Part shown: piece after piece, positions 52,570 to 64,000 of the stretch
Numbering within the stretch: position 1 is the first letter of the stretch
Layout: each line of letters starts with the position of its first letter
Assembly: GCF_006345805.1 (NCBI RefSeq)
Contig: NC_043010.1
Location: forward strand, 19,096,001-19,160,000
Origin: Octopus sinensis
Lineage: Eukaryota
Reading direction: 5' to 3'
DNA: 64,000 nucleotides
Notes under the pieces: model-generated
What the model was told of the DNA's origin: nothing
What the model saw: only the letters and a program-made list of their open reading frames with translations
The model's database searches: none
Program-made: the position numbers and the translations under genes

Positions 52570-55482
52570 GTAAGTTCACCTCTTTAAACATTCTCTTTTA
52601 TCTTTTCTTTCATTGTCTTCTAATGTTTTACTTCTTCTATATCGCTCTTCTTCTCTTTACCCTTATCCACCGACTATTTTACCAACCGACACACTGTTTC
52701 CTATTGAGAATTTTCATTTTCATTTAATTACTTCAATTTAACAGTCACGTCATGTTTTTTCCTCTTTCTAAATAAATCTCCCACATTCCTCACCTTTCCT
52801 CCCTCTCCTGATCCAACCCTCACCATTTCTACCCCATCACCTCACATCTTCCTCAGTTCTCATCCTTATTTCCTTGTCTCTGATAACTATTGTTGTTTAT
52901 TATCATTTCATTTCCGACTGGATATATTCTACGTTCCTCCAGGGTCAATAGGTACCGATTCCTTTATTACCCACATGGGGCTAAATATAGAGGGGATAAA
53001 CAAGGACAGACAAAGGGATTAAGTCGATTATATCGATCCCAGTGAAGCAGTGGTACTTAATTTATCGACCCCGAAAGGATGAAAGGCAAAGTCGACCTCG
53101 GCGGAATTTGAACTCAGAACGAAAAGACAAACGAAATACCGCTCAGCATTTCGCCCGGCGTGCTAACAATTCTGCCAGCTCGCCACCTTCAATAAGTACC
53201 AGTAATATACTGTGATCGACTTTTAGTACACAGGTACATAGTAACGAATGAACCCAAGACTGCATTATTCAATGTGTCCTTCTTGTTTATTTTTAAAGAT
53301 TTGTTTAGGGGAGGAATTTGTTGTTTGTAGCATTATTGTGACGAAGTCCCCTCCTTCGTTGGCTGTCAACAATCAGAAGAACAACATAAGTTAATGGCGA
53401 TAATTATTTATCCTGGCACAAGGAAAGAGTGATAGAAAAGTCAATTAACCAAACACGAGCAGCACATCACAAGCCCATCCGAGGATCATCGTTACTCGAG
53501 GCCACATAAACAATTTGTACATCACACAGAAGGAAGAATAAACAAGCAGGTGGCCATGAACAATCTGTTCCATCACGAAACACTGTGTGCTCTTCTTTAC
53601 ATTCCGGGTTCTAATCTTGCTGTGGTCAACTTAGTCTTTTATCATTTAGGGGTTCGATAACATAAAATTGGGGTCTATATAGAAGAATTGTTTCCATTCA
53701 CCCTTTCCAACATTTCATTATGTCGGGCCCATTTCGCTAGAAATTTTAATAGGTACATCAATACTAAAACTGGTTGATTTGTGAACTTGTATTCATAGAT
53801 CGGCAAAAGAAAAAAAGTTTGAAAAAAGATGAAAAGTTTTGATAATTCTTTCTTACATGGAAAAAAAAAAGTGTCCAAGGTGAATGTAAGAGATGTTTGT
53901 TGAGAAATAAACATGGTAGTTGACCACCACTATAACAGTTGATGAAGATAATGAGAAGAGCATCTTAGCTTTTATCTTCTACTTGTTTCAGTCATTAGAA
54001 TGTGGCTGTGCTGGGCCACTGTCTTGAGGAACTGTAGTCAAAAGAATCGATGCCAGTTCTTATTTTTTTAAAGCCTGGTACTTATTCTATTGATCTCTTT
54101 AGCCAAACCGTTAAGTTATAGGAACATAAACAGATCAGAAAAATTTCATGAGATGAATGTTGGACATCAGTTTGGAGATGACCATATCAAACAGGACCTG
54201 AAAAAAACCTTGAAAATTCCTGACTTCCTCATGCTCCCAAACTGTGTGCAACTGAAGTGTTATGTATAATGTGGCATAAAACATCTAATAGCTTTCTGCA
54301 TACAGAAATGTTAAGATCTGCCCTCTTTCCAACTCCACAGTCAAAACAAAAACGACAGTTTTTCAACTGTCTTTGCAAATATGGAATGGATTTCCCTGAT
54401 GCACTAATGCAAATGGAGCAATCACAGTGGGTCATCAAAGTCAAATCTTGGGGAGAGTATTTGTTAGGCCATCAGACTGGAATAGTGTATGATGTCCACT
54501 GTTCAGATTGGTCAGTTACACGACCCACAAATTTGTGATCTGCTTGGTTCAGTTAGGATCCATACAGAAGAATCTGGTTATTGGAAGTTGAATGTTTTGT
54601 TAATGCTGTACCAAGGAGCAGAATTATTTGTGTTGGACAAAATACATTGCAATATTTATTTTACTTCTCTATGTTGTGAGTTCAAAGCCAGCCAAGGCCG
54701 CCAGCTTTACCTTTCATTCCATCTGGGTTGATATAATAAAGTACAAGCTAAGCACTGGAGTTGATTGTATTGATTAAACCCTCCCGTCAAAAATTGCTAT
54801 CCTTGTGCCTAAATTTGAAGCATTATTATTATTATTATTGAGTTAAATGGTAGCACATGCCATCAACATGACACTGGGGTACAAATATATGAAACCCAAT
54901 ATACAATGACTACCTGTCTGATAAGGGTACACCAGGCATATGCATCACATCCATATGTGTATGACATGGTGATTTAATATCAAGATAAACAGCGCATGAC
55001 TTTGCAGGTAGGGCTCCGTTTGAATTTTCTTCAGGTTGAGTAGCCTATCCCATTCAAAAGGTCCCTGAATAAGAGTTGTTTAAAATGATGAACTCGTGTT
55101 TCCAGGAGTGAATTATTCAAACCCCAAAGAATTCCTCTCAACACTGACTATGATGCGCCCCCACTACTTCTGCTCATGATCAGAGATGCACAGATTGTCA
55201 ACCACTGAGAGACATCCTCAAATGGTTATGCTCAAGCAACCGACAAGCAAATCTGTGGTATCAAGCAGAATATTTGCTGTAGCCCATATTTTATACCAAG
55301 ACAAAACATGTACATGATAACACTTCCAATCAGTTAAGATGAGAAGTCATGAGAGCCAGTGCCTGGTGCTGCACCAGGACATTTATTATTATTATTATTG
55401 TATCAATATTGCTTTCCATCTTATTGGAGTTGATAGAATATGATACCAGACCAATGAGGAGTTGGTTTAATTGACTGACCTC

Positions 55483-55594
55483 TTTCAGTGTTGTGAGACT
55501 TATTGAACAGTATCTGAAGGAGAACAATCTGGCCTTGTGTTTTATCTTAAGAATCATCATCATCATGAATCACACCAGAGCACTGAATGACTGA
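55483..55594 (+). other. Partial duplicate of SMU1 exon 2 with intact acceptor (candidate poison/alternative exon or pseudo-exon)
   Basis: 55483-55528 is identical to 56633-56678 (TTTCAG|TGTTGTGAGACTTATTGAACAGTATCTGAAGGAGAACAAT). It then diverges and reaches an in-frame TGA at 55592-55594. Confidence 0.85.
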
Positions 55595-56638
55595 AATAAC
55601 AGAACATTAGCCTCAGCGCCTTGTATTATTTAAAATAGTAAAATGAACTAAGGGAAATAACTCAAATAGGCCAATGGCATGAATCTTGATAAGGAACGTA
55701 GTGAATGTTATATGTAAAGATGTATTAATTGTTGGAAGTTCTCAGTTTGGGAGAGAAAACAAAGATCTCATGGCCTGCAGAGAACAGGGGGAAATAATTG
55801 TATCAGTTATGTCCCATTATGTTCTGAGTTCAATTTCCATGAAGGTCGACTGAGCTTTTCACTTTTCTAGGATTGTTACAAGTTGCAGTCTAGTCCTGGG
55901 GAGGACAACCAAATCATTTAAAACCTTGTTGTTCTTGAATATGTGATGCTGATCCTATTTAAGGAATCATTTCAGGTAGTAGAGTCTCTGACTAAATTCT
56001 TTGAGCTGTTTATATGTGTCCCCATTTTATTCTGAGTTCAAATTATGCAATGGTTTACTTTGTCTTTCACTGGGAAGAGGTTCATTGGGTCACTCCCCTG
56101 CAAACTTTTGTTCCTGTGTTAATCACAGAAACTACTATTATCATAAACATTTTCAGATAGCTTTGTTTTCCTTTTTGGGATGGTTGTAGGGTCTTGATGT
56201 AGGTTGCTGACCACCTGGGTGTGAGTTCTGGCCAATTTTCTGCAGCCACTGTTTTTGTACCAGCCACTAAAAGTCATTTTGCTCCAGTTTTTCTTGCTGA
56301 CAAAAACCTGGTCCCGTTCAGTTGTTACTTCAGTTATAAAACCACTTACCACAGACAAATCTACCAGAGAAAACTATATGTACCAGACAAATGGTACAAT
56401 CTCTTATGAAGGTGAGCTGGTCACTCAGGGTGTGAGGTGAACTGGTTTTAATTATAGCAGTTTGACAGTGTTTGATATTAGGATTGTGGTACATGGAGAA
56501 TGGTGGTGGGTGAGACGTGTTGGAACTGTATTTTAGAACCTCTGTTGAGGTAGGGATGGTGATGGTGAGAATGTAATCTTGGTATTGTTGTGGGAATTAT
56601 AATGATGTTGATGATGATTTTTTTTTTAATGATTTCAG

Positions 56639-56705
56639 TGTTGTGAGACTTATTGAACAGTATCTGAAGGAGAACAATTTGTTGAGGACATTAACGGTAT
56701 TACAG
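56639..56705 (+). CDS. SMU1: SMU1 coding exon 2 (VVRLIEQYLKENNLLRTLTVLQ, LisH motif)
   Basis: Poly-T tract plus TTTCAG acceptor, CAG|GTAAGT donor, 67 nt, in frame with exons 1 and 3. Matches SMU1 [22 protein letters not shown]. Confidence 0.95.
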
Positions 56706-57204
56706 GTAAGTTACCTATTTTTCACCTGTCTACATGACTAGAATAAACACCAGATTTTGGTAGTTGTAGAACTGGTGGCCCTTACTAGTGAGCTCTTAAT
56801 TAATATTAGTCTGGATGACCTAAATATTTGGTGATATGCAAACACTTGCATAGCAAGTGACCTGATCTTCGATCGTTTAAAATACTGAACAAATTATCAG
56901 GTTAGAGTTAGAGGGTTAACTTACTGGTGTCTGTGTGTTTCTACCTCCAATCAGAGAGTTAACTCACAAATGACCAAGTATCAATGATTTTCAAACTTAA
57001 TGTGGAACCAATAAACATCTTTTACAGACAGCCACTGCCATCTTAATTTTAATAACACTGATTGGCATTGGAAGGGCATCCAGCCATAGAGGCCATGCCG
57101 AAATAGACAATTGGAGCCTGGTGCACCTCTCTGACTGGTCAGCTTCTGCCAACCCAGCCAACCATGCCAGCATAGAAAACAAATGATGACGATGAAATGA
57201 AATC

Positions 57205-57735
57205 ATTATCATCATTGTTTAACGTCTGTTTTCCATGCTAGCATGGGTCGGACGGTTTGATCGGGGTCTGGGAAGCTAGGAGGCTGCACCAGGCTCCAGT
57301 CTGATCTGGCAGTGTTTCTATAGCTCGATGCCCTTCCTAACGCCAACCACTCCGTGAGTGTAGTGGGTGTTTTTACATGCCACTGGCACAGGGGCCAGAG
57401 GAAGCTGGCAATGGCCACGATCGGTTGGTGCTTTTTATGTGCCACTGACACGGACGCCAGTCAAGGTGGCGCTGGCATCAGCCACATTTGGATGGTGCTT
57501 TTAACATGCCACCAGCACGGGTATCGCAACTACAATTTCCATTTGATTTTTATTTTGATGTTGATGTACTTGACTCATTAGGTCTCCTCAAGCGCAGCAG
57601 GTTGCCCTACAATCCAAGGTTATCACAGTAGGCCATCCTGCGAGCCATGAACTCACTTCATTTGTTGGGTCTTTGCAGTCACAGCATATCTCCAGAGCTC
57701 TTGGTCTTTCGTCATTGCCTAAGTGAGGCCCAAAG
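57205..57735 (-). mobile_element. RTE LINE 3' end (same family). Shorter 3' copies at about 2120-2325(-), 3820-4255(-), 12375-12818(+), 13855-14045(-), 21160-21435(-), 57060-57195(+), 59675-59860(+), 61405-61760(+)
   Basis: Shares the LGLT.AMTKD..LWRYAVT coding end and the 3' UTR with 14580-15225. Confidence 0.88.
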
Positions 57736-58603
57736 TTATGATTTTAAAGAAAGAATTTAGTCGTATTAAAACCAAAACTTAGCAACATTACTTTGAAAGT
57801 GTGAAAAGGTTTTTCTTTTATAAAGTGTATTTTTATTAAATTTTATTAAAAGATCCTTCATTTTGTGGAATCCCTAAATTTTTCCATATAACCCACTTTG
57901 AGAAACACTGGATTGCTATGCTATTTCTTACTGTGTCTGTAACTAATGGAGATTTAACTTAAAAATAGCTTAGTCTACTTAGCTGTAAATAGGCACCAAC
58001 TACTAACTACCATAACTGTACTGCATTGTCTAAAAGAGTGTACTAAAAGATACTTGGCTGTACTCATCCCACTAAAATCTGTACCTTTATTAGAAAGGAG
58101 GGGAAATAGTGGCTTGCTGGCAGTATTTGTAGTAAATAGTGAAATCTGATTGTCAATGTGAGTAAATGGTGGAGTATTTATATAATAAACAGTATGATCT
58201 GAGGTAACCCATTAATGTAGGTAAATAGTAGAGTACCTATGTAGTAAACAGCATAATTTGAGGTTACTAGTGTTAATCAATGTAGATAAAAGATGAAGTA
58301 CATCATTGTCATCATCTTTTAATGTCCATTTCCCATGAGATAGTAAATAGTAAGATCCGAGGTAACCAATGATGGTCAGTGTTGGTAAATAGTGAGTGTA
58401 AACAGTTAAGAAACGGAGTAAATTGGCTTGGTTTGCAACTTTCATCATTGCAGTGTCTAGTAATATTTGTTTATTTTCTGAGTGTAAATTCCACCAAAGC
58501 TGACTTAGTTTTCTCTGTTGTGAGGTTGATTAAATAAATACCAGTTGAGTCCTTTGTTGTGTGTCAATGTTACAAATCATTGTTATTTATTTTGTTTTTA
58601 CAG

Positions 58604-58747
58604 GAAGAGAGTGGTATTTCTTTAAACACTGTAGATTCAGTGGACAGTTTTGTTGGCGACATAAACAGTGGCCACTGGGACACTGTCCTTCAGGCCATTC
58701 AGTCACTCAAGTTACCCGACCAGAAACTTATTGAACTCTATGAACAG
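58604..58747 (+). CDS. SMU1: SMU1 coding exon 3 ([52 protein letters not shown] motif)
   Basis: TTTTTACAG acceptor, CAG|GTAAGA donor, 144 nt, phase 0-0. Near-identical to the SMU1 CTLH region. Confidence 0.97.
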
Positions 58748-61700
58748 GTAAGATAAGGACCTTTTAACTGCAATCAAGTCAACCCATGTAGGAGCACAGG
58801 AGTAGTAATTATTGAATAAAAAACACTTGACATGTGACAGAGGGGATTCTGCTCCTGTCACAGACAACCTGTCTAGGGCCAGTGGTTTGATAAAATGCAC
58901 CCGATCTAATTAAAGTTGTTGTAAAGAGTAAAGTGTTTTGAATGGCACAACAATGCACCATAATAACAACAATGGACTATAATAACTGTTATAATTTAAT
59001 CATCCATAATCTGATATAATATTTCGGAATATAAAAATTCCTTCTTCAGATATCCCTAGGAATTGATTGAGTCACTGTTATAATCGGTTTTAAAGTTGTT
59101 GGTAATGAGAAGGATATCCAGTCAAATTCTTTGCCAAAAAAAAAATTGCTACTCACTTCTCAGCCCATCATTCCATTGTGATGCTGTGAGATGTGCTTCA
59201 GGTTTTGTAGATAGGGAGTTATATTTCTTGACAAGAGCGGAGGCAGGAGCATATAGATGATGGTCACCTGGAATTCTTTGGGGTGGATATAAATGGTGGT
59301 CACCTGGAATTCGTTGAGGTGGAGTGCTAGAGCAAAACCCAGACATCCAGACATTGAGATGTGATGTCTATTGTGATATCCCCTTCTTCTATGGACACAT
59401 GATAGCAGTCTAGTTGGTCCTTACTGGTTGATGTGAATCTGCTCCTACCCAGCTAAAAAGACATTCCACCCACCACCATTGCCACTTTCTCTTTCTCACT
59501 CACTCTCACGCTACTCGTTCTCTACCCCTTTTCCCTGTCCCTTGTTTCCTCCCCTAGCCACAGGAAGTCTCTTCTTCTACCCCACCCCCTACTTCTCTGA
59601 ACACCTTAAAGTTGCAACACTCTCCTATTCTTATGGGGTTTCTTTAGTTTTATGAATTACAAAAAGATCTCCACCAATGCTGGTGCCATGAAGAAAATGG
59701 TCCAGTTTACTCTGTGAAGTGGTTGGTGTTAGGAAGGGCATCCAGCCATAGAAATCATGTTAAAACTGAAACATTTGAGCAAGACATGGTTCCTCTGATC
59801 CATCAGGTCTTATAAAACCGTCCAACCCATACCAGCATGGAAAGTAGATGTGAAATGATAATAGTAAAGTTAGAAGTTTCTTCTTTTGGTGCTGTATGTG
59901 TCAAATGAGGAAAGTCATATTGCGTAGTAAAATGCTGTGAAACATACAAATTAGGATTCCACACAGTTTCTTATTTCTTTATTGCCCACAAGGGGCTAAA
60001 CATAGAGGGGAGAAACAAGGACAGACAAAGGGATTAAGTTGATTACATTGACCCCAGTGCGTAACTGGTACTTAATTTATCGACTCCGAATGGATGAAAG
60101 TCGACCTTGGCGAAATTTGAACTCAAAATGTAAAGATAGACAAAATACCGCTAAACATTTTGCCCGGCATGCTAACATTTCTGCCAGTTTCTGTCTATCA
60201 AACTCTACTCACAGATCATTGGTCAACCCAATGCTGTTAAGCAAGACTCTTAATCAAGGCGCCGTGCAGTGGTATTGATCTCAGGCCATCAAAACTTCTT
60301 GACCATGCACTTTCCCCTGTTCACACAGAAAATTAATAAATCATCACAATCATCATCATTATGCTGCTGAAAGTCTATAAACTTGGTCAGAATCTGTGCT
60401 ATACGCGGAGGCGGGAGCGGGGACACAGATATTTATGTAATGTTTGTTGTTTCTTTGTGTTTTGTAAATTTTGATGCTCACTACATAAAATATATTAACA
60501 CTAGCTTAACTACTGTTTTTCAAGCAGATGGTGTGTCAGAGTAATTTCTAAATTTTTTTTTTCATTTTGATCATATTCAGTTCATTCAATAGAAATAATA
60601 TGAATGATTTATGCTGTAGATTTGATCATAATGATGATGATTATGATGGTTATCAACTAACACTTCATGTCTCAACAAATTTGTAGTCTTGTGTTTATGT
60701 TAGAAATTAATATTATTGTTATAATAATAATAATAATAATAATTATTATTATTATGGTGGTGAGTTGGCAGAATCTGTATCTCACCAGACTAAATGCTTA
60801 ATGGTATTTCATCCATCTTCATGTTTGAAAGACGGCGAGCTGGCAGAAACGTTAGCACACCGGGTGAAATGCTTAGCGGTATTTTGTCTGTGGTTATGTT
60901 CTGAGTTCAAATTCCGCCGAGGTCGACTTTGCCTTTCATCCTTTCGGGGTCGATAAATTAAGTACCAGTTACGCACTGGGGTTGATGTAATCAACTTAAT
61001 CTGTTTAGCCCCTTGTGGATAGTAAAGAAATAGGTATTTCGTCTGCCATTACGTTATGAGTTCAAATTCTGCCGAAGTCGACTTTGCCTTTCATCCTTTC
61101 GGGGGTCGATAAATTAAGTACCAGTTACGCACTGGGGTCGATAAAATCGACTTAATCCATTTGTCTGCCCTTGTTTGTCCTCTCTTTGTTTAGCCCCTTA
61201 TGGGTAATAAAGAAACAGGTATTTCATCCATCTTCACATTCTAAGTTCAAATTCTACCAAGGTCAACTTTACCTTTCATTCTTTCAGGGTTGATAAAATA
61301 AATACCAGTTAAATATGGGGGGGGGGGGGTTTGATGTAATCAACTTACCCACCTCACACCAAAATACTGGCCTTGAAACCACTATTATTATTCCATTCAA
61401 GCGTGAATCAATGCCAGTGTCGCCTGACTGGCTCCCTGTGCTGGTGGCACGTTCAAAGCTCCATCCTAAATGTGGTTGATGCCAGTGCCCTCCGACTGGC
61501 TCCTCCGCTGGTGGCACGTAAAAAGCACCATTTGAATGTGGTCGATGCCAGTGCCGCCTGACTGGCTCCCATGCCCATGGCATGTAAAAAGCACCCACTA
61601 CACTCTTGGAGTGGTTGACGTTAGGAAGGGCATCCAGCTGTAGAAACATTGCCAGATCAGATTGGAGCCTGGTGCAGCCTCCTGCCTTACTAGTCCTCAT

Positions 61701-62616
61701 TCAAACTGTCCAACCCATGCCAGCATGGAAAGCAGACATTAAACGATGATGATGATGATTAAGGCTGCAAGCTGGCTGAATCATTAGCACACCAGACAAA
61801 ATACCTAGTAGCATTTCCGCCGAGGTGGACTTTGCCTTTCACACTTTCAGGGTCAATAAAATAGGTACCAGTTGCATATTGCGGTTGATGTAATTGACTA
61901 TCACCCCTACCCACAACAAAATTTCAAGCCTTGTGCCTTTAATACCAAGAATTATTATTATTATTGGATTGGCAAATTCATTAGCATATCGGGAAAAATG
62001 CCTTGCAACATTGTTCTTGTTCAGATTGTAAGTTCCCCCGCCTTTTATTCTTCTACATTTAATAAAATAAAGTACCAGTCATATAATTGGGATAAACATA
62101 AGTGATCTTTTCCACTCACCTAATTTCTGGCCTTGAGCATTATTATAATTACGGGTGGCAAGCTGGCAGAATTGTTGGCACACTGGGCAGAGCGCTTAGC
62201 TGCATTTCGCCCATAACCATGTTCTGAGTTCAAATTCTGCCAAGGTCGACTTTGCCTTTCATCATTTTGGGTCAATAAAATAAGTCCCAGTTGAACACTG
62301 GCGATCGATGTAATTGATTCATCCCCTCCCCCAAAGTTGGTGTCCTTGTGGAAACATTTGAAACCATCATCATCATCATTATTATTATTATTGTTGTTGT
62401 TTTTGAAGGCAGCGTGCAGAATCGTTAGTATGTCAGGCGAAATGCTTAGTGGTATTTCGTCTTCACATTCTGAGTTCAAATGCCACCAGGGTTAACTTTG
62501 TCTTTCATCCTTTTGAAGTCAATAAATTAAGTACCAGTTACGCACTGGGGTCAATCTAATCGACTTAATCCCTTCCCCCAAATTTGAGGCCTTGTGCTTC
62601 CAGTAAAAAGGATTAT

Positions 62617-62904
62617 TTTATTGCCTTTGCACAGCTTCTAACGATGGAGATGTACTACAGTGCCAGCTGTTCACTACCAGTGAACTAAGATAACACCTAT
62701 TATTTTTCGAGCACCTTCTGGAGTATTCGAGCGGTTCCAAGTAGTGCTGTTTTCTGCAAGTGCTCCACCCTTATTGCAGCCCCTATTTCTTCCATGTACT
62801 TCTCAAGATTTTTACTCACTGTTCCCAGGGTTCCGACAATTATTGGTACTGCTGCCACCTTTTTTCATCGACCACAACTGCTTAACCTCCCATGCTAACC
62901 TGTC
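62617..62904 (-). mobile_element. 3' fragment of an R4/Dong-like RLE retrotransposon in SMU1 intron 3
   Basis: DRLAWEVKQLWSMK(fs)VAAVPIIVGTLGTVSKNLEKYMEEIGAAIRVEHLQKTALLGTARILQKVLEK*, with TTA repeats on both sides. Confidence 0.88.
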
Positions 62905-62954
62905 TATTATTATTATTATTTCCAATTATTGAAATTTTTTCTTATTTTTTCTAG

Positions 62955-63107
62955 ATTGTTCTTGAACTGATTGAGTTGCGTGAGTTGGGGGCTGCCAGGT
63001 CCCTTCTCCGACAGACCGACCCAATGATAATGTTGAAGCAAACCCAGCCTGACCGCTATGTCCATTTAGAGAACATGCTTGCCCGGTCCTACTTTGACCC
63101 TCGCGAA
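62955..63107 (+). CDS. SMU1: SMU1 coding exon 4 ([51 protein letters not shown])
   Basis: TTTTTTCTAG acceptor, GAA|GTAAGT donor, 153 nt. Diagnostic SMU1 peptide. Confidence 0.97.
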
Positions 63108-63222
63108 GTAAGTCCGAGACTTCAGTCCCAGTTTTGCTTAACATTTTTCTGTGTTTTCCTTACTTCTCCCCTTTTCTCATCTCTGCCTCGTCACTCACAC
63201 TCTATCCCCTTAATACCTCTAG

Positions 63223-63373
63223 GCTTATTTAGAAGGTCAAACAAAGGAAAAGAGGCGTTCTGCCATTGCCCAAGCATTGTCGGGAGAAGTCAATGTTGTC
63301 CCACCGTCACGTCTTCTGGCTTTGTTAGGTCAGGCCTTGAAATGGCAACAGCATCAAGGACTTCTACCCCCTG
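63223..63373 (+). CDS. SMU1: SMU1 coding exon 5 ([50 protein letters not shown][G]); gene continues beyond the window
   Basis: CCTCTAG acceptor, G|GTAAGT donor, 151 nt. Diagnostic SMU1 peptide. The WD40 exons are not in the window. Confidence 0.97.
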
Positions 63374-63786
63374 GTAAGTTTATTGGTTTTTCTTTTACTC
63401 CTCTGTCTGTTTCTGATGTATTACAAATTATGACAATACTTGTTATGCTATAACCGTTTAGTAACAATAAAACATAACGAAGCAGGGTAACAACTACGTA
63501 ACAGTCGAACAGACTCTCCACAAACTATACACGAACCAACAAACGATATTCCAACAAATTACCAAAACGACACCTTACGATTTCCTGCAATTAATGCCTA
63601 CCTTCTCTGTCTCTGTCTCACTCAGACCGCTACTATTTATAGTCGTTTGGTCAGTCTATTCTCGCAGGGGGGGTGTCATGACTCTTGCTACAACAGTTTC
63701 TAATCATTGATTCCACAGTTACCTGTGGGTGTATTCCACAGTTAACAATAGGTATGTCACACAATTACAGGTACGTACAGGTGAAA

Positions 63787-64000
63787 TCTATATATATAAA
63801 ACTGTAGTTGTGTGAGTGTCTGTCCCCTTCGATTTAGATTCCTAACTACTCCCACATTTTGCGGTGTAGTTTAACCAAATTTGGGTATCTTATAGTCGTG
63901 ATTCATATCGAGCCCGTCTGGGTATTAGCGCGCGTCTACGATGAGTCTACGATTTTAAAAATAATTTAACATCATTTTTTATTCCATTTTAATGCATAAT
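63787..64000 (+). mobile_element. Probable Helitron 5' end
   Basis: A|TCTATATATATAAAA start followed by a GT-rich stretch. The 3' end is outside the window. Confidence 0.6.

Noticed and set aside
54230-54640. Cys-containing ORFs in SMU1 intron 1 (and 18560-18800)
   Set aside because: Faint resemblance to decayed RTE coding sequence. Too degraded to call, with no evidence for a nested gene.
59255-59325. About 36-bp tandem duplication (also about 30 bp at 6663-6722)
   Set aside because: Ordinary two-copy slippage duplications with no further signal.
62976-63377. 133-aa ORF as a standalone protein
   Set aside because: It is SMU1 exon 4 read through intron 4 into the wrong frame of exon 5.

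Overview
AT-rich, microsatellite-dense and repeat-saturated animal genomic DNA. The SINE/LINE repertoire suggests an octopus (coleoid cephalopod); the taxon is inferred, not proven. There are no prokaryotic features, CRISPR arrays or rRNA, and no convincing standalone tRNA. One gene is firmly identified: the 5' part of the spliceosomal WD40 factor SMU1 (+ strand, coding exons 1-5, 52544-63373). A second, minus-strand gene is probable. It has a large acidic/Asn-rich exon (27731-26609) and several small exon-like segments down to about 1305 that resemble a very divergent DENN domain, but the model is not fully phase-consistent. The rest is transposon-derived: at least four SINE-like families; 3' fragments of RTE, RTE-BovB, CR1, Tx1 and R4/Dong-like LINEs; decayed mariner (D,D34D) and maT (D,D37D) transposases; hAT, piggyBac, Tc2/pogo and GG-terminal MITEs; and Helitron/Helentron-type pieces. 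The best leads are: (1) a partial duplicate of SMU1 exon 2 with its acceptor, a candidate poison exon; (2) the divergent DENN-like gene with unique intronic inverted repeats; (3) a SINE whose 3' tail is repeatedly fused to the loop edge of its own head hairpin; (4) several retrotransposon lineages associated with different microsatellites. Most ORFs in the supplied track are microsatellite or repeat artefacts. Repeat boundaries are approximate (about +/-10 nt) unless a TSD or TIR is quoted.
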